64,000 nt of DNA, taken from positions 256,001-320,000 of the forward strand of contig CAVTRN010000001.1 in NCBI GenBank assembly GCA_963737155.1. The letters run 5' to 3'. The position numbers were made by a program, and so were the translations under genes. The notes under the pieces were generated by a model that was not told the DNA's origin, did not search any database, and saw nothing but the letters and a program-made list of their open reading frames with translations. Source of the stretch: Nitrospirota bacterium. Its GTDB lineage: Bacteria > Nitrospirota > UBA9217. Positions 41,438-51,380 of the stretch are shown piece by piece; position 1 is the stretch's first letter; each line of letters opens with the position of its first letter.

Positions 41438-42226
41438 ATGCCCACCATTCGAGCAAAAAAATCGCTAGGTCAAAATTTTTTGAACGATCCACACTATCTT
41501 GAAAAGATCGTAGCCAGCGCCCGGATCACGTCCAGCGATCTCGTACTCGAAATCGGACCGGGGCTCGGTCATCTCACGCGTGTTCTCGCGGCGCGGGCCG
41601 GAAAGGTCCTTGCCCTCGAGCTGGATGAACGCCTCATCCCCCTTCTCCGGAAGGAATTCGCTGAATGCCGGAATGTCGAGATTATGCAGGCCGATGCTCT
41701 AACATTTCCTTACACCGCATTACCCGATAAATGGAAAGTAGTGGCGAATCTGCCTTATTACATTTCCACACCTATCATCCAGAAACTGCTCAGCCATCGG
41801 GACCGGTTCGACACATTCACCCTCATGCTCCAGAAAGAAGTTGCCGACCGAATCGCCTCCCCGCCGGGCAATAAAGAATACGGCTATCTTTCCGTGATCG
41901 TCCAGCTCCATGCTGTGCCGCGCATTGAGTTCGCGGTGCCTGCGGGAGCCTTCACCCCGAAGCCTAAAGTGGACTCGGCCGTTATAACGCTCGCACTGCG
42001 AGGTTCTCCCGCAGTTTTCATGAGGGATGAAAGCTCTTTTGTTCGTGTTGTCAAGGCGGCATTTTCTTGCCGAAGAAAAACCCTCAGAAACTCACTGAAG
42101 CAGCTCGACGCGCCAAAAGAAAAAATGGATGCCGTGCTCGATAGAACTGGCATCGATCTCGGCCGCAGGGCTGAGACATTGAGCGTCGAGGAATTCGCAC
42201 GTCTTGCCGACTTTCTGCTTTCCTGA
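41438..42226 (+). CDS. rsmA: 16S rRNA adenine dimethyltransferase
   Basis: KKSLGQNFL, EIGPGLG, VANLPYYIS, MLQKEVA, RRAETL. Confidence 0.97.
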   Translation: MPTIRAKKSLGQNFLNDPHYLEKIVASARITSSDLVLEIGPGLGHLTRVLAARAGKVLALELDERLIPLLRKEFAECRNVEIMQADALTFPYTALPDKWKVVANLPYYISTPIIQKLLSHRDRFDTFTLMLQKEVADRIASPPGNKEYGYLSVIVQLHAVPRIEFAVPAGAFTPKPKVDSAVITLALRGSPAVFMRDESSFVRVVKAAFSCRRKTLRNSLKQLDAPKEKMDAVLDRTGIDLGRRAETLSVEEFARLADFLLS

Positions 42227-42279
42227 ACCGGAGAGACCGCGAAAGCTGCCCCCCTGCCCGGCAAAAAAGCAATAAATCC

Positions 42280-42308
42280 TTGACTTTTACGCTTCTAATT
42301 GCTAAAGT
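42280..42308 (+). promoter_or_regulatory. sigma70 promoter of prfC
   Basis: TTGACT-N17-TAAAGT, 12 nt before the ATG. Confidence 0.6.
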
Positions 42309-42320
42309 ACCAAGTTCACC

Positions 42321-43922
42321 ATGAGTTACGAAGACGAAATAAACAAACGGCGCACCTTTGCCATCATCAGCCATCCCGACGCAGGCAAGACCACGCTTAC
42401 CGAGAAGTTCCTGCTTTTTGGCGGTGCGATCCAGGTGGCAGGCGCAGTTAAGTCAAACAAAATCAGGAAGAGTACTGCCTCTGACTTCATGGATATCGAG
42501 CGCCAGCGCGGCATTTCCGTTGCCACGTCAGTCATGGGCTTTGATTACAGCGGCCTCAAGATAAACCTGCTCGATACCCCGGGCCACAAGGATTTTGCCG
42601 AGGACACCTACCGCACTCTTACAGCCGTTGACAGCGTCATCCTCGTCGTCGATTGCGTCAAAGGCGTGGAGGAGCAGACCGAGAAGCTTATGCAGGTTTG
42701 CCGAATGCGGAACACTCCGGTCATCATCTTCGTGAATAAGCTGGATCGGGAGGGGAAAATTCCCTTCGAACTGCTGGACGAGTTGGAGATCAAACTGAAC
42801 ATCCACGTGCAGCCACTCTCCTGGCCCATCAGCATGGGGACTTCATTCAAGGGCGTGTACAATCTTTACAATCACAGCCTTTACCTCTTCCGTCCCGGCG
42901 GGGCCACTGTTGCAGACGACGTGATTGCCATAAAGGGCCTCGACGATCGTATCCTTGACCAGCAGCTCGGCGACTATGCGGTAAAACTCCGCGAGGATGT
43001 GGAATTGATCGAAGGTACCCACAATCCTTTTGACGTCGGCGCCTATCTTCGCGGCGGACTTGCGCCGGTGTTCTTCGGCAGTGCGATCAACAACTTCGGC
43101 GTAAAGGAGCTTTTGGACACCTTTATTGAGATCGCACCCACTCCCGGAAGCCGTCCCACGGACCTGCGTGTGGTCGGTTCTGACGAAAAAAATTTCACCG
43201 GTTTTGTCTTCAAAATTCACGCGAACCTCGATCCGCGCCACCGCGACCGTATCGCCTTTATCCGTATCTGCTCAGGCAAGTTCGAACGTAACAAGATGTT
43301 TTATCATGTACGGATGAACAAGAGCATCCGTTTCACCAGCCCGGCCAGTTTCTTGGGAGCGCGCAAGAGCATCATCGACGAGGCCTATCCCGGCGACGTC
43401 ATCGGGTTATACGATACGGGAAATTTCAAGATCGGCGACACACTTACCGAAGGCGAGAGGATCATGTTCCAGGGAATCCCAACTTTTTCGCCCGAAGTAT
43501 TCAAGGAATTGATAAACTTGGACCCGTCGAAGTCCAAGCAGCTTTCCAAGGGCATAACGCAACTGACGGACGAGGGCGTGGCGCAGCTTTTCACGCAGCA
43601 ACAGGGAAATCGGAGGATCATCGGTACCGTGGGAGTGCTTCAATTCGACGTACTGCAATATCGACTGGAGCATGAATACGGAGCGAAATGCAGGTTTGAC
43701 CAAATGGCCACTTACAAAGCCTGCTGGATCACGGCGACAGATGAAAAGGAAATGAGTAAGTTTTGCAGGTTCAAGGCGGAACGTATCGCCATCGACAAGG
43801 ATGGCAACATTGTTTTTCTCGCCGAATCGGAATGGGTACTCCGGAACATGATCGAAGCCTACCCTGGGATCAAATTCCACTTCACTTCCGAGTTCAAGCG
43901 TGAAATGCAGGAAGTGAAATAG
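42321..43922 (+). CDS. prfC: Peptide chain release factor 3
   Basis: [32 protein letters not shown]. Confidence 0.97.
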   Translation: MSYEDEINKRRTFAIISHPDAGKTTLTEKFLLFGGAIQVAGAVKSNKIRKSTASDFMDIERQRGISVATSVMGFDYSGLKINLLDTPGHKDFAEDTYRTLTAVDSVILVVDCVKGVEEQTEKLMQVCRMRNTPVIIFVNKLDREGKIPFELLDELEIKLNIHVQPLSWPISMGTSFKGVYNLYNHSLYLFRPGGATVADDVIAIKGLDDRILDQQLGDYAVKLREDVELIEGTHNPFDVGAYLRGGLAPVFFGSAINNFGVKELLDTFIEIAPTPGSRPTDLRVVGSDEKNFTGFVFKIHANLDPRHRDRIAFIRICSGKFERNKMFYHVRMNKSIRFTSPASFLGARKSIIDEAYPGDVIGLYDTGNFKIGDTLTEGERIMFQGIPTFSPEVFKELINLDPSKSKQLSKGITQLTDEGVAQLFTQQQGNRRIIGTVGVLQFDVLQYRLEHEYGAKCRFDQMATYKACWITATDEKEMSKFCRFKAERIAIDKDGNIVFLAESEWVLRNMIEAYPGIKFHFTSEFKREMQEVK

Positions 43923-44153
43923 CCGGCATTCTCCCCGTTTTCACGATTCCAACGCTTTCTCTCCCAGTTCTAACTCTTTCTTTCGTATTTAGACCCACTA
44001 GCGCCCCAAACGTTTTTCACCGGGAGGCATCTCATCGAATAATGGAAGCCCACGGCAATTTCCTGATGTCCGTAATGCGCTGATACGCCTTAAAAACGCC
44101 GGGATGGTGTAATTTCCCTCCCAAGCCCTGCTCGATCCCCTCAGGCACGATGC

Positions 44154-44185
44154 AAAAATAGCCCCTACCAGTACGGCAGGGGCTA
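44154..44185 (-). terminator. Rho-independent terminator after trpB2
   Basis: Minus strand TAGCCCCT..AGGGGCTA stem followed by TTTTT. Confidence 0.65.
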
Positions 44186-44248
44186 AAAAAATTCTGTTTT
44201 TTCTGCTCCAATTTCCTTGGTACAATCCTTCGCCTGAATCGGCTGCCG

Positions 44249-45607
44249 CTATAATTTCGGCAGCTTCTCCAGAGCCTTTTTGATGTCCTCTTCCGGATGC
44301 TCGTGGTCGAATAGCTTTCCTTCGCGGTAATCGGCATAGGCCTGCAGATCCAGATACCCGTGTCCGCTCAGGTTGAAGAGGATGGTCGTCTGCTTGCCCT
44401 CTTCTTTTGCGCGGAGCGCCTCGTCGATCGCGGCACGGACCGCGTGGCTGCTTTCAGGCGCCGGGATGATTGATTCGGTTCCGGCGAATAGGACTGCAGC
44501 TTCAAAGACCTTCGTCTGTGGATAGGCTTTTGCTTCGATGATCTTGTCGTGGTAGAGTTGGGAAACAAGCGGCGAGTCTCCATGGTATCGGAGTCCTCCG
44601 GCATGAATGCCCGCCGGCATGAAATCGTGGCCGAGGGTGTACATGGTCATGAGCGGCGTCATCCCCGCAACATCGCCGAAGTCATAACAGAATGCGCCTT
44701 TGGTCAGGGTGGGGCAGGAGGTTGGCTCCACGGCTATAGCGCGGAGATCCTTCTTCTTGCCTGAAAGTTTGTCATGAAGGAAGGGGAAGGATATTCCCGC
44801 GAAATTGCTCCCGCCTCCGCAGCATCCGATCACGATGTCGGGATAATCGCCGGCGATCTCCATCTGTTTCTTGGCCTCCTGTCCGATGACAGTCTGGTGC
44901 AAACACACATGGTTCAGCACCGATCCCAGCGCATAGTTCGTATCATCGTGCGTTGCAGCGTCTTCGACCGCTTCGGAGATGGCAATGCCGAGGCTGCCGG
45001 TACTGTTGGGATCAGCTTCGAGGATCTTTCGTCCCGCATTGGTGGCCGTTGACGGGCTCGCATGCACGGAAGCGCCCCACGTTTCCATCATCATCCTGCG
45101 GTATGGTTTCTGCCCGAAGCTCACCTTTACCATGTAAACCGTGACGTCGAGGCCAAAGAGCTTGCCTGCAAGCGCCATCGCCGAACCCCATTGTCCCGCG
45201 CCTGTCTCGGTGGCAATGCGCTTGATGCCCGCCTTCTTGTTGTAGTAAGCCTGTGGAATGGATGTGTTCGGCTTGTGGCTGCCCGCAGGACTTACGCCTT
45301 CATACTTGTAGTAGATCTTCGCCGGCGTGTTAAGTGCTTTTTCGAGCCGGTGCGCGCGATACAGCGGCGATGGCCTCCAGAGCGAGTAAATGTCAATAAC
45401 CTCTTCGGGAATATCAATCCACCGATCCTGGCTTACCTCCTGCAGAATGAGATCCATGGGGAAGATGGGCTTCAGGTCGTCGGGACCGATGGGCTGCTTG
45501 GTCCCCGGATGGAGCGGCGGCTTGGGCAAGTTCGGCATGTCCGCCATGATATTGTACCACTTTGTCGGTATTTCCTTATCAGAGAGTAAAATTTTGGTCT
45601 GCCTCAT
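44249..45607 (-). CDS. trpB2: Type 2 tryptophan synthase beta (TrpB2)
   Basis: IPTKWYN N-terminus, SPAGSHKPN (PLP Lys), [30 protein letters not shown]; stand-alone. Confidence 0.93.
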   Translation of the reverse strand: MRQTKILLSDKEIPTKWYNIMADMPNLPKPPLHPGTKQPIGPDDLKPIFPMDLILQEVSQDRWIDIPEEVIDIYSLWRPSPLYRAHRLEKALNTPAKIYYKYEGVSPAGSHKPNTSIPQAYYNKKAGIKRIATETGAGQWGSAMALAGKLFGLDVTVYMVKVSFGQKPYRRMMMETWGASVHASPSTATNAGRKILEADPNSTGSLGIAISEAVEDAATHDDTNYALGSVLNHVCLHQTVIGQEAKKQMEIAGDYPDIVIGCCGGGSNFAGISFPFLHDKLSGKKKDLRAIAVEPTSCPTLTKGAFCYDFGDVAGMTPLMTMYTLGHDFMPAGIHAGGLRYHGDSPLVSQLYHDKIIEAKAYPQTKVFEAAVLFAGTESIIPAPESSHAVRAAIDEALRAKEEGKQTTILFNLSGHGYLDLQAYADYREGKLFDHEHPEEDIKKALEKLPKL

Positions 45608-46128
45608 TTACATCCTCCTGCTCAGTAGAGTCGTTTGCGGATAATGCGCCACCGTCTTTTTTTATACTGTTCCCACGGCTTTCTCAATGGTTTTTTTTCA
45701 CACAGAATCGGATGAACCCGAGTTAATGTAGTCATAGATGACTATGGATTTACAGGGATAGGGAGAACATAAGAAAAAGAATCCATTATTCCCTGGGTGA
45801 AGCCCTATCGCGGATTAGGTCTTGTTTTTGGGTTACAGCTTAACGACTGAGAAACACGTTTTCATACAGAATTATAATAAAAATCATTATTCCGCCGACC
45901 CTTGCTTTTTTTGGCAACAGCCGAGGGCTTGTCCCGACTCGTCTCCTTCCCCACGAGCAATAACGCCACGATTTCCGGCAAGCGGAAACCACATCAAAGG
46001 CTTACAGCCTGAAAGTTACGGTGTTCACGTTGGAAAAAGGAATCATTCATCGAATGAAATTCGTTCTCCACAAACCCTGCTGCCAGATTCCCACTGAGCT
46101 CATCAATGGTTCTAACCAAGTTTCCGGT

Positions 46129-46404
46129 TCACAGGCCGATGGTAAACATGCTTTCCAGATCGTGCCGGGAGTATACGCGAAAGGCTATGAGCGTTTCCGA
46201 TTTTAGGATCCCTTCCACCTTCAGCATGTGGTTTGTTACAAGCTCCGCCAGTTGTTCGTTGTCCTTTGCCCGGATGATCACCACGAGATCGTACCTGCCT
46301 GCTATGGAATAGACTTCCGAAATGCCTTCCATATCGGCAAGCGATTCCGCCACTGTATTCACCCTGTCCCGCGAAACATTCAAAAGTACCATGGCGGTAA
46401 CCAT
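46129..46404 (-). CDS. Stand-alone Lrp/AsnC ligand-binding (RAM) domain protein
   Basis: EVYSIAGRYDL, ETLIAF.YSRHDLE..F.IG; 91 aa without HTH; GAGGAGG RBS. Confidence 0.88.
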   Translation of the reverse strand: MVTAMVLLNVSRDRVNTVAESLADMEGISEVYSIAGRYDLVVIIRAKDNEQLAELVTNHMLKVEGILKSETLIAFRVYSRHDLESMFTIGL

Positions 46405-46472
46405 GAGTAGCCTCCTCGTCTGTAATAATGCGTAATTATATCAGATTTATTTGTAAAGCGGCAACAAACAAA

Positions 46473-47387
46473 TCAGCGGTTGTCACATCGGGGATCAGGA
46501 GCTTCCAGGTTACCGCATATTTGAAGGGCCTGTGCAGGGCAGCCGCCATGGCATTGTGTATGAAGGCGGCAAGAGAGCTGCCTGCACGCATTCCCCTGTG
46601 CGGTGCGGAAAAAGGAAAGTGCAGGGTGGTTCCATATCCTTGTGAAGGAATCATGCAGGATGTTTCCCAAGAAAAATTCTTTTCTGCCGAAGAAAAGATT
46701 GCAGGGGTAGGTTGCGCCGTCCGGCATCACGCCCAGCTTTGTGGTCCCTGCAGGGCATCGGACCAGTGAGAGCTCCCTGGCATTTCCAAAATCGGGCAGG
46801 AAACCCGAGCAGTACACCGCACCAACTTGTCGGGGATCATAATGCTGTTGCACGGCCAAGGCGAACCGATGAAAGGGGACTGTATTGCTCAGATCACCCG
46901 CTTCCGTCGCTTCGCGGTAAATCAGGTAGAATCTGCTCGGCTTGAGCGAGAGAATGGTTTGTATCATAGTTGCGTCCAGATCACCGGTGAACACGGTTTT
47001 AACAATAGGCTTGCGAAGCCAGATAAATTCACTAGTCTGATTTAACGTCTCACTATCATTGATAGAGATGCCGACAGTAACCTGTCTCCCCACCGCCATA
47101 ATTTTTTCTAGTACGGCGAGATTCGATCCGTTCGAGCTGACATTCGCGGAAAAACCTGATTGCACAGCCTTGCGAATGAAGTAGACAATGTCAGGATGCA
47201 AAGTCGGCTCACCGCCAATGACGTCAATGGTTTTTACGGAAGCTCTTTTGAGCGCCACTATCATGGCATTGAACGAATCAGGCGACATGTCCTGGCCAGC
47301 CGTCATGAATCGATTAAAGCAGAATTTACAGGACCGGTTGCACCGGAGGGTAGGATAGAATTGTATGTAGTCCGGACCTTTTCTCAT
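46473..47387 (-). CDS. Radical SAM/SPASM domain protein
   Basis: CNRSCKFC, GGEP, SNG, CPAG..PDG.TYPC, C..C..CHGGCPA..DPRC. Confidence 0.88.
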   Translation of the reverse strand: MRKGPDYIQFYPTLRCNRSCKFCFNRFMTAGQDMSPDSFNAMIVALKRASVKTIDVIGGEPTLHPDIVYFIRKAVQSGFSANVSSNGSNLAVLEKIMAVGRQVTVGISINDSETLNQTSEFIWLRKPIVKTVFTGDLDATMIQTILSLKPSRFYLIYREATEAGDLSNTVPFHRFALAVQQHYDPRQVGAVYCSGFLPDFGNARELSLVRCPAGTTKLGVMPDGATYPCNLFFGRKEFFLGNILHDSFTRIWNHPALSFFRTAQGNACRQLSCRLHTQCHGGCPAQALQICGNLEAPDPRCDNR

Positions 47388-47614
47388 GATTCGAATTCGT
47401 ATTTCGGCCTAATGACACAAGGTTCGCCAACGGTCCCTTTTAAGTTATGATTTTACGGCTAAAGAATCAAATTCTCATAAAAAAAGGGAAGTTCCCCATA
47501 GAGTGCACGGCGAGCACAGCGAGAGAATAAGGCAGCTTAAGGGTAAATTTGTTTATTGTAAAATTCTCTTTTGCCTCTGGACCAAGAGCCTCTTCCGGTT
47601 CCTAGTTGCTCGGG

Positions 47615-48505
47615 TCAGGAAATACTGTACGATCTACCGGTCTTTTTTATGAACCCTTCTTTCGCTAGTTGTGCCAGGTTCTTCTGGACCCGTTCCCGTT
47701 CCATGCCAGTCGCCGTCACAATCTGCGCTGTTGTGAGCGGAGATTGCGCAACGAGCGCCTTCACAATCTTCCCCCGTACCTGACGGTTAGAATTCTCAAA
47801 AGGGGCCTGTCGAATATAATGCGCGCTCTTCCTGTTGGGATTCACATGTTTATTCTTCAGCATGGAACCATAATCCATCAGGGCATTGTACCATCTGCGC
47901 GGACTCAACCTGTCCATCGTCTGCTCGACAATCGGAATAAGCTCGTTGTCATGGATGTTCTCGCGGTCTTGTAAAAACTCATGGATGTAAACTCGCCTGA
48001 TGTTCGTGTCCATAAACACCACGGGCTTGTTGAACGCAAAAGCGCTGACAGCCCCGGCAGTGTACTTTCCAATTCCGGGAAGACCGATTAGTTTCTCAGG
48101 ATCTGAGGGGAGCCTGCCACGATGGTCTTCCATGACTTTCTCCGCCAGCGCCTTGAGCGCCAGGGCGCGGCGATTGTATCCCATACCGGACCAGATTGCG
48201 AGGAGTTCCGGAAGCTCCGCTTTCGCGAGCGCGGGAAAATCGGGGAACACCCCGAGAAACTCCTGGTACTTCTCGATTACCCGCTCGACCTGGGTCTGCT
48301 GGAGCATGATCTCGGAGACCAGAACGCGATAGGGGTTGAGGCGTTTGCGCCAGGGCAGGCTGCGGCCTTCGGCTTCAAAATAATCGTATATTTTTTTTTG
48401 GAATTTTCGGATCTGCGATACAGTCAAGGCTTTCAAGTCCTTTTTTGGGATTTCACGGCTGCTGAAGCGTTCATCGAGCCTATCCGGAATACTGGAGCAA
48501 ATCAT
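47615..48505 (-). CDS. mutY: MutY-like HhH-GPD adenine glycosylase lacking the Fe-S motif
   Basis: LPWR, VSEIMLQQTQV, WSGMGYNRRA, LPGIGKYTA, DTNIRRV, ALMDYG; no C-x6-C-x2-C-x5-C; C-terminal HTH-like tail. Confidence 0.85.
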   Translation of the reverse strand: MICSSIPDRLDERFSSREIPKKDLKALTVSQIRKFQKKIYDYFEAEGRSLPWRKRLNPYRVLVSEIMLQQTQVERVIEKYQEFLGVFPDFPALAKAELPELLAIWSGMGYNRRALALKALAEKVMEDHRGRLPSDPEKLIGLPGIGKYTAGAVSAFAFNKPVVFMDTNIRRVYIHEFLQDRENIHDNELIPIVEQTMDRLSPRRWYNALMDYGSMLKNKHVNPNRKSAHYIRQAPFENSNRQVRGKIVKALVAQSPLTTAQIVTATGMERERVQKNLAQLAKEGFIKKTGRSYSIS

Positions 48506-49149
48506 TTCTTCCTGAGCAGTACATACAGCGCGCCGAGTCCACCATCGCACTGACGTGCGGTGACGTAAGCGAGGATGTCTTTCCTAAAATGTCCGGAAAG
48601 CCGTTTGATCACCGAGTACTTGATGCGGGGTCCCATGACAGAACGAAGTCCCCTGCCGTGGATTATCTTTATACAGCGGTGCCCCTTCCTAAATGAGTCA
48701 AGTATAAATTGATCAAGTTCTTCTTCTGCCTCAGGAACGGTACAGCCATGCAGATCGAGAAAAGCCTGGACCGCGAACTGCCCTTCATGCAGCTTCGGAA
48801 TAACCGAATCATGATGATCCGGATTCACCCATTCCACGTACTCCTGCGTATCAGGGAGATTGATCGGCCGGTGCCCTGCTGCGATCTCTACAAAGGCATC
48901 GAGTGCTTCTTTGTCAGGATCGCATCGCGGTGGTCTTGATTTGGCGCTCTTCCGCTGACGACGAGCGCAGACGAGTGAGCGAAATTCCAGGATCTCCTGA
49001 ACGTCATTCATTTCGCGGTCAAACAACTCTTCAGCAGTGTATTCTTTTTTTACCTTTGGGCGGGGAGGCAGGGGTGCGGCAGTATCCTGTGCGGCAATCT
49101 TTTTTCCCAGCTTCTCAAAAGGGCGGCTGGCAAAGGTCTTATTGCTCAT
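48502..49149 (-). CDS. Smr-domain endonuclease (SmrA-like)
   Basis: LDLHG, IIHGRG, DGGLGALYVLL. Confidence 0.88.
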   Translation of the reverse strand: MSNKTFASRPFEKLGKKIAAQDTAAPLPPRPKVKKEYTAEELFDREMNDVQEILEFRSLVCARRQRKSAKSRPPRCDPDKEALDAFVEIAAGHRPINLPDTQEYVEWVNPDHHDSVIPKLHEGQFAVQAFLDLHGCTVPEAEEELDQFILDSFRKGHRCIKIIHGRGLRSVMGPRIKYSVIKRLSGHFRKDILAYVTARQCDGGLGALYVLLRKK

Positions 49150-49290
49150 GGAGAACCTCTGATGCTACGAGAAATCCGATCCGAATCAGAAGGGCGTCTC
49201 TCGCAGAGGGGGAAAGCTGAAGTCCACGTCGGATGTGTCGAGCATCCGCGTTCATGTGCGAAACTGCCGCCACGAACTTTTATAAAAAAA

Positions 49291-49660
49291 TCAGAGCGGG
49301 CCGTAAGCCGAGTTCTGTGCCCCGGTTGCCCGGGTGATGGTCATTTATCTGGGCCGTCGATTGCTCGAAGGCACGAGCGACCTACCCGGAAGTCTCGGAC
49401 GGGCCGTCCTTACCCCCTTGCGGGGGATGCTTCCCTATGTGGTCTTGCTCCAGGCGGGGTTTTCCAAGTACTCCCGGTCACCCGGGAATCTGGTGGGTTC
49501 TTACCCCACCGTTTCACCCTTACCCCTGCGCGGGGCGGTTTTCTTTTCTGTGGCACTATCCATGGGGTCGCCCCCTGTCCCGTTTCGGGACCGCCTTGCC
49601 CTGCGGAGCTCGGACTTTCCTCCCCCCGTTGCCGGAGAGCGATCATCTCACCCACTCTGA
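49291..49660 (-). ncRNA. rnpB: RNase P RNA (bacterial type A)
   Basis: Minus strand GAGGAAAGTCCGAGCT, AGTGCCACAGAAA, GGGTGAAACGGTGGGGTAAGA.CCCACC, GGAGCAAG, ACAGAACTCGGCTTAC; ends pair as P1. Confidence 0.96.
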
Positions 49661-49756
49661 TACCATAATTTTACTGCAAAAGTCGCTGAGACTACGGCAA
49701 AACTTAATGCTTGCCGCGATAAAATATTATTTATTCCTCCTCTATGCGCCCTTGGG

Positions 49757-50176
49757 TTAAACTATTTTTTCATCAATTGCCTTGTTCGCCAGCGCGTCGG
49801 CTTCCTTGTTCTGCGCCCTCGGAATATATTGTACCTCAACATTGGCGATCTTTGCAATAAGTTCCTTGGCCCTGTGGTGGAGCGGCTTCAGGCCTTCATT
49901 TTTCACTTTATACTGACCATTCAGCTGCTTTACAAGCAGCTCCGAATCCGCAAAGAGTCTGACGCTCGAAGCACCGAGTTTCACGGCATGCTCTATCCCC
50001 ATGATCGCGGCGGTATATTCGGCAATATTGTTCGTTGTCGTCCCCAGATACCTTGCCAGCTTCGCCACAGGCTTGTTGCCCTGGAGGATCAGTACGCCAG
50101 CCCCTGCCTCGCCCGGATTGTTCCTTGAGGCGCCGTCCGTAAAGATGGTCAGTTCATTGGCGTCTGGTGTAGTCAA
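49757..50176 (-). CDS. rnhA: Ribonuclease HI (single-domain)
   Basis: DGASRNNPG, TNNIAEY, DSEL, N..AD.LA. Confidence 0.9.
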   Translation of the reverse strand: MTTPDANELTIFTDGASRNNPGEAGAGVLILQGNKPVAKLARYLGTTTNNIAEYTAAIMGIEHAVKLGASSVRLFADSELLVKQLNGQYKVKNEGLKPLHHRAKELIAKIANVEVQYIPRAQNKEADALANKAIDEKIV

Positions 50177-50279
50177 GATTCGTCCCTTTCTGCAATTTCA
50201 AAAAAGCGTGAATAACACGGAGGAAAAACGGAAAATGCGGCTCTTTTCGAAGTGCTTCGAATCGAGTTTTTCGTCCCAC

Positions 50280-51005
50280 TCAGCTGTTTTTCTGGACAAT
50301 CGATTCTTTATAGTAGAGAATGCGCCCGCACTGAGGACAGGTAATGATGCTTTCGTTTTTCTTAACGTTCACGAACACCTGCGGCGGAATGCTCATGTAA
50401 CAGCCGGAACATGCCTCTCCCCGGGCTTCGGCAATGGCGATGCCTGCTTTGCTGAGGAGGAGCTTCTGGTATTGAGCAAGTACGGCGGGTTGTATCCGGG
50501 ATATGTGTTCCTGACGGCCCTGTACCACCTTGGTTATTTCCTTTTCAATCTTGCTGAATGTTGTCTCCAACTCCGTCTTTTCGGCATGTATTGCCGCTTC
50601 ATCGTCCTTCGCCTTCTGCTCCATATCAGTAATCGCCGCGGAAGCCGCGTCGATCTTCTCCATCAACGAGAGAATATCGTCTTCGATGGCTTTGTTCTCC
50701 AGCTCAGCGGCCTCAATTTCTTTCAGCAACGCCTGATATTCTTTGTTGTTCTTGATCTCCGAAGAACGGGTCTTCAGTTTTTCGACTTTTTGGATACCCA
50801 CTTCAAGGTCCTTGTCCCGGTCACGTTTGTTCTTCTGCGCTGCCAAAAGGTTCCCTCTGGTCTTTTCGAGGTCCTCCTGGATTACAGCATGTTTGTTTTC
50901 CAGGTTCGCCAGTGCGTCGGGCATCCGATCTTTTTGTTCGACAAGAGCGCGGATCTTCCCGTCGATTTCCTGTAGTTGAATGAGCAGGTTAAGCTGGTCG
51001 TCCAT
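50280..51005 (-). CDS. Coiled-coil protein with C4 zinc ribbon (DUF164/CT398-like)
   Basis: LQEID, long coiled coil, CSGC...CPQCGRIL; GGAGG RBS. Confidence 0.9.
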   Translation of the reverse strand: MDDQLNLLIQLQEIDGKIRALVEQKDRMPDALANLENKHAVIQEDLEKTRGNLLAAQKNKRDRDKDLEVGIQKVEKLKTRSSEIKNNKEYQALLKEIEAAELENKAIEDDILSLMEKIDAASAAITDMEQKAKDDEAAIHAEKTELETTFSKIEKEITKVVQGRQEHISRIQPAVLAQYQKLLLSKAGIAIAEARGEACSGCYMSIPPQVFVNVKKNESIITCPQCGRILYYKESIVQKNS

Positions 51006-51020
51006 CAATCCTCCAAAAAT

Positions 51021-51046
51021 AAAAATGCGCCTTGCGGCGCATTTTT
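51021..51046 (-). terminator. Hairpin terminator downstream of the tRNA
   Basis: AAAAATGCGCC-(4 nt loop)-GGCGCATTTTT. Confidence 0.65.
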
Positions 51047-51144
51047 CTTAAAAGGTGATCGGCTCTGTTGAATGCCGTCCATAACGCTGTATGTTGTTGC
51101 CGATAAAGTCGACTGCATGTGCATCATACCCTTCCGTCAGAGAG

Positions 51145-51220
51145 TGGTGGGCCCACCAGGACTCGAACCTGGGACCAACCGGTTATGAGCCGGTAGCTCT
51201 ACCAACTGAGCTATGGGCCC
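51145..51220 (-). tRNA. tRNA with CAT anticodon, most likely tRNA-Ile2 (lysidine-modified)
   Basis: GGGCCCA-TAGCTCAGTTGGTAGAGC-TACCGG-CTCATAA-CCGGT..GGTTCGAGTCC-TGGGCCC-ACCA; paired G1-C72 and no GGG/CCC anticodon stem, so not the initiator; follows rpoD. Confidence 0.92.
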
Positions 51221-51380
51221 TGCGGATATTCTTAAAAAATTGCCTTCGCGAAACGATTTCCCCCGTCCTGAGCATGCACCTTGTCCCTTGCGAAGATGAT
51301 CTTGTCAGGCACGCTGGAACGACGCACATATTGACATAAAGCCTGGCAAATGTCAAGGTAAGGCACCGCAAAACAGCAGG

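Noticed and set aside
43923-44150. Fragment FPDVRNALIRLKNAG resembling a HAD hydrolase
   Set aside because: Too short, with no other motifs or start signals.
49162-49760. ORFs of 81-168 aa over 49.2-49.7 kb
   Set aside because: They overlap the RNase P RNA gene and show no protein motifs.
50001-50975. Long antisense ORFs (e.g. 50001..50975, 54179..55162, 16449..17249, 36325..37218)
   Set aside because: Shadow frames opposite well-supported genes, with no motifs of their own.
51047-51144. Small ORF or Nif3-like remnant between the tRNA and the zinc-ribbon gene
   Set aside because: Similarity (..EGYDAH..TEPITF*) is too short to support.
51145-51220. tRNA as initiator Met or as an integration site
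   Set aside because: It lacks initiator features, and no integrase or duplicated 3' end is nearby.
51331-51356. Inverted repeat TTGACAT-N12-ATGTCAA as an operator
   Set aside because: Explained by a minus-strand TTGACA-N17-CAATAT promoter for the tRNA; no second instance seen.
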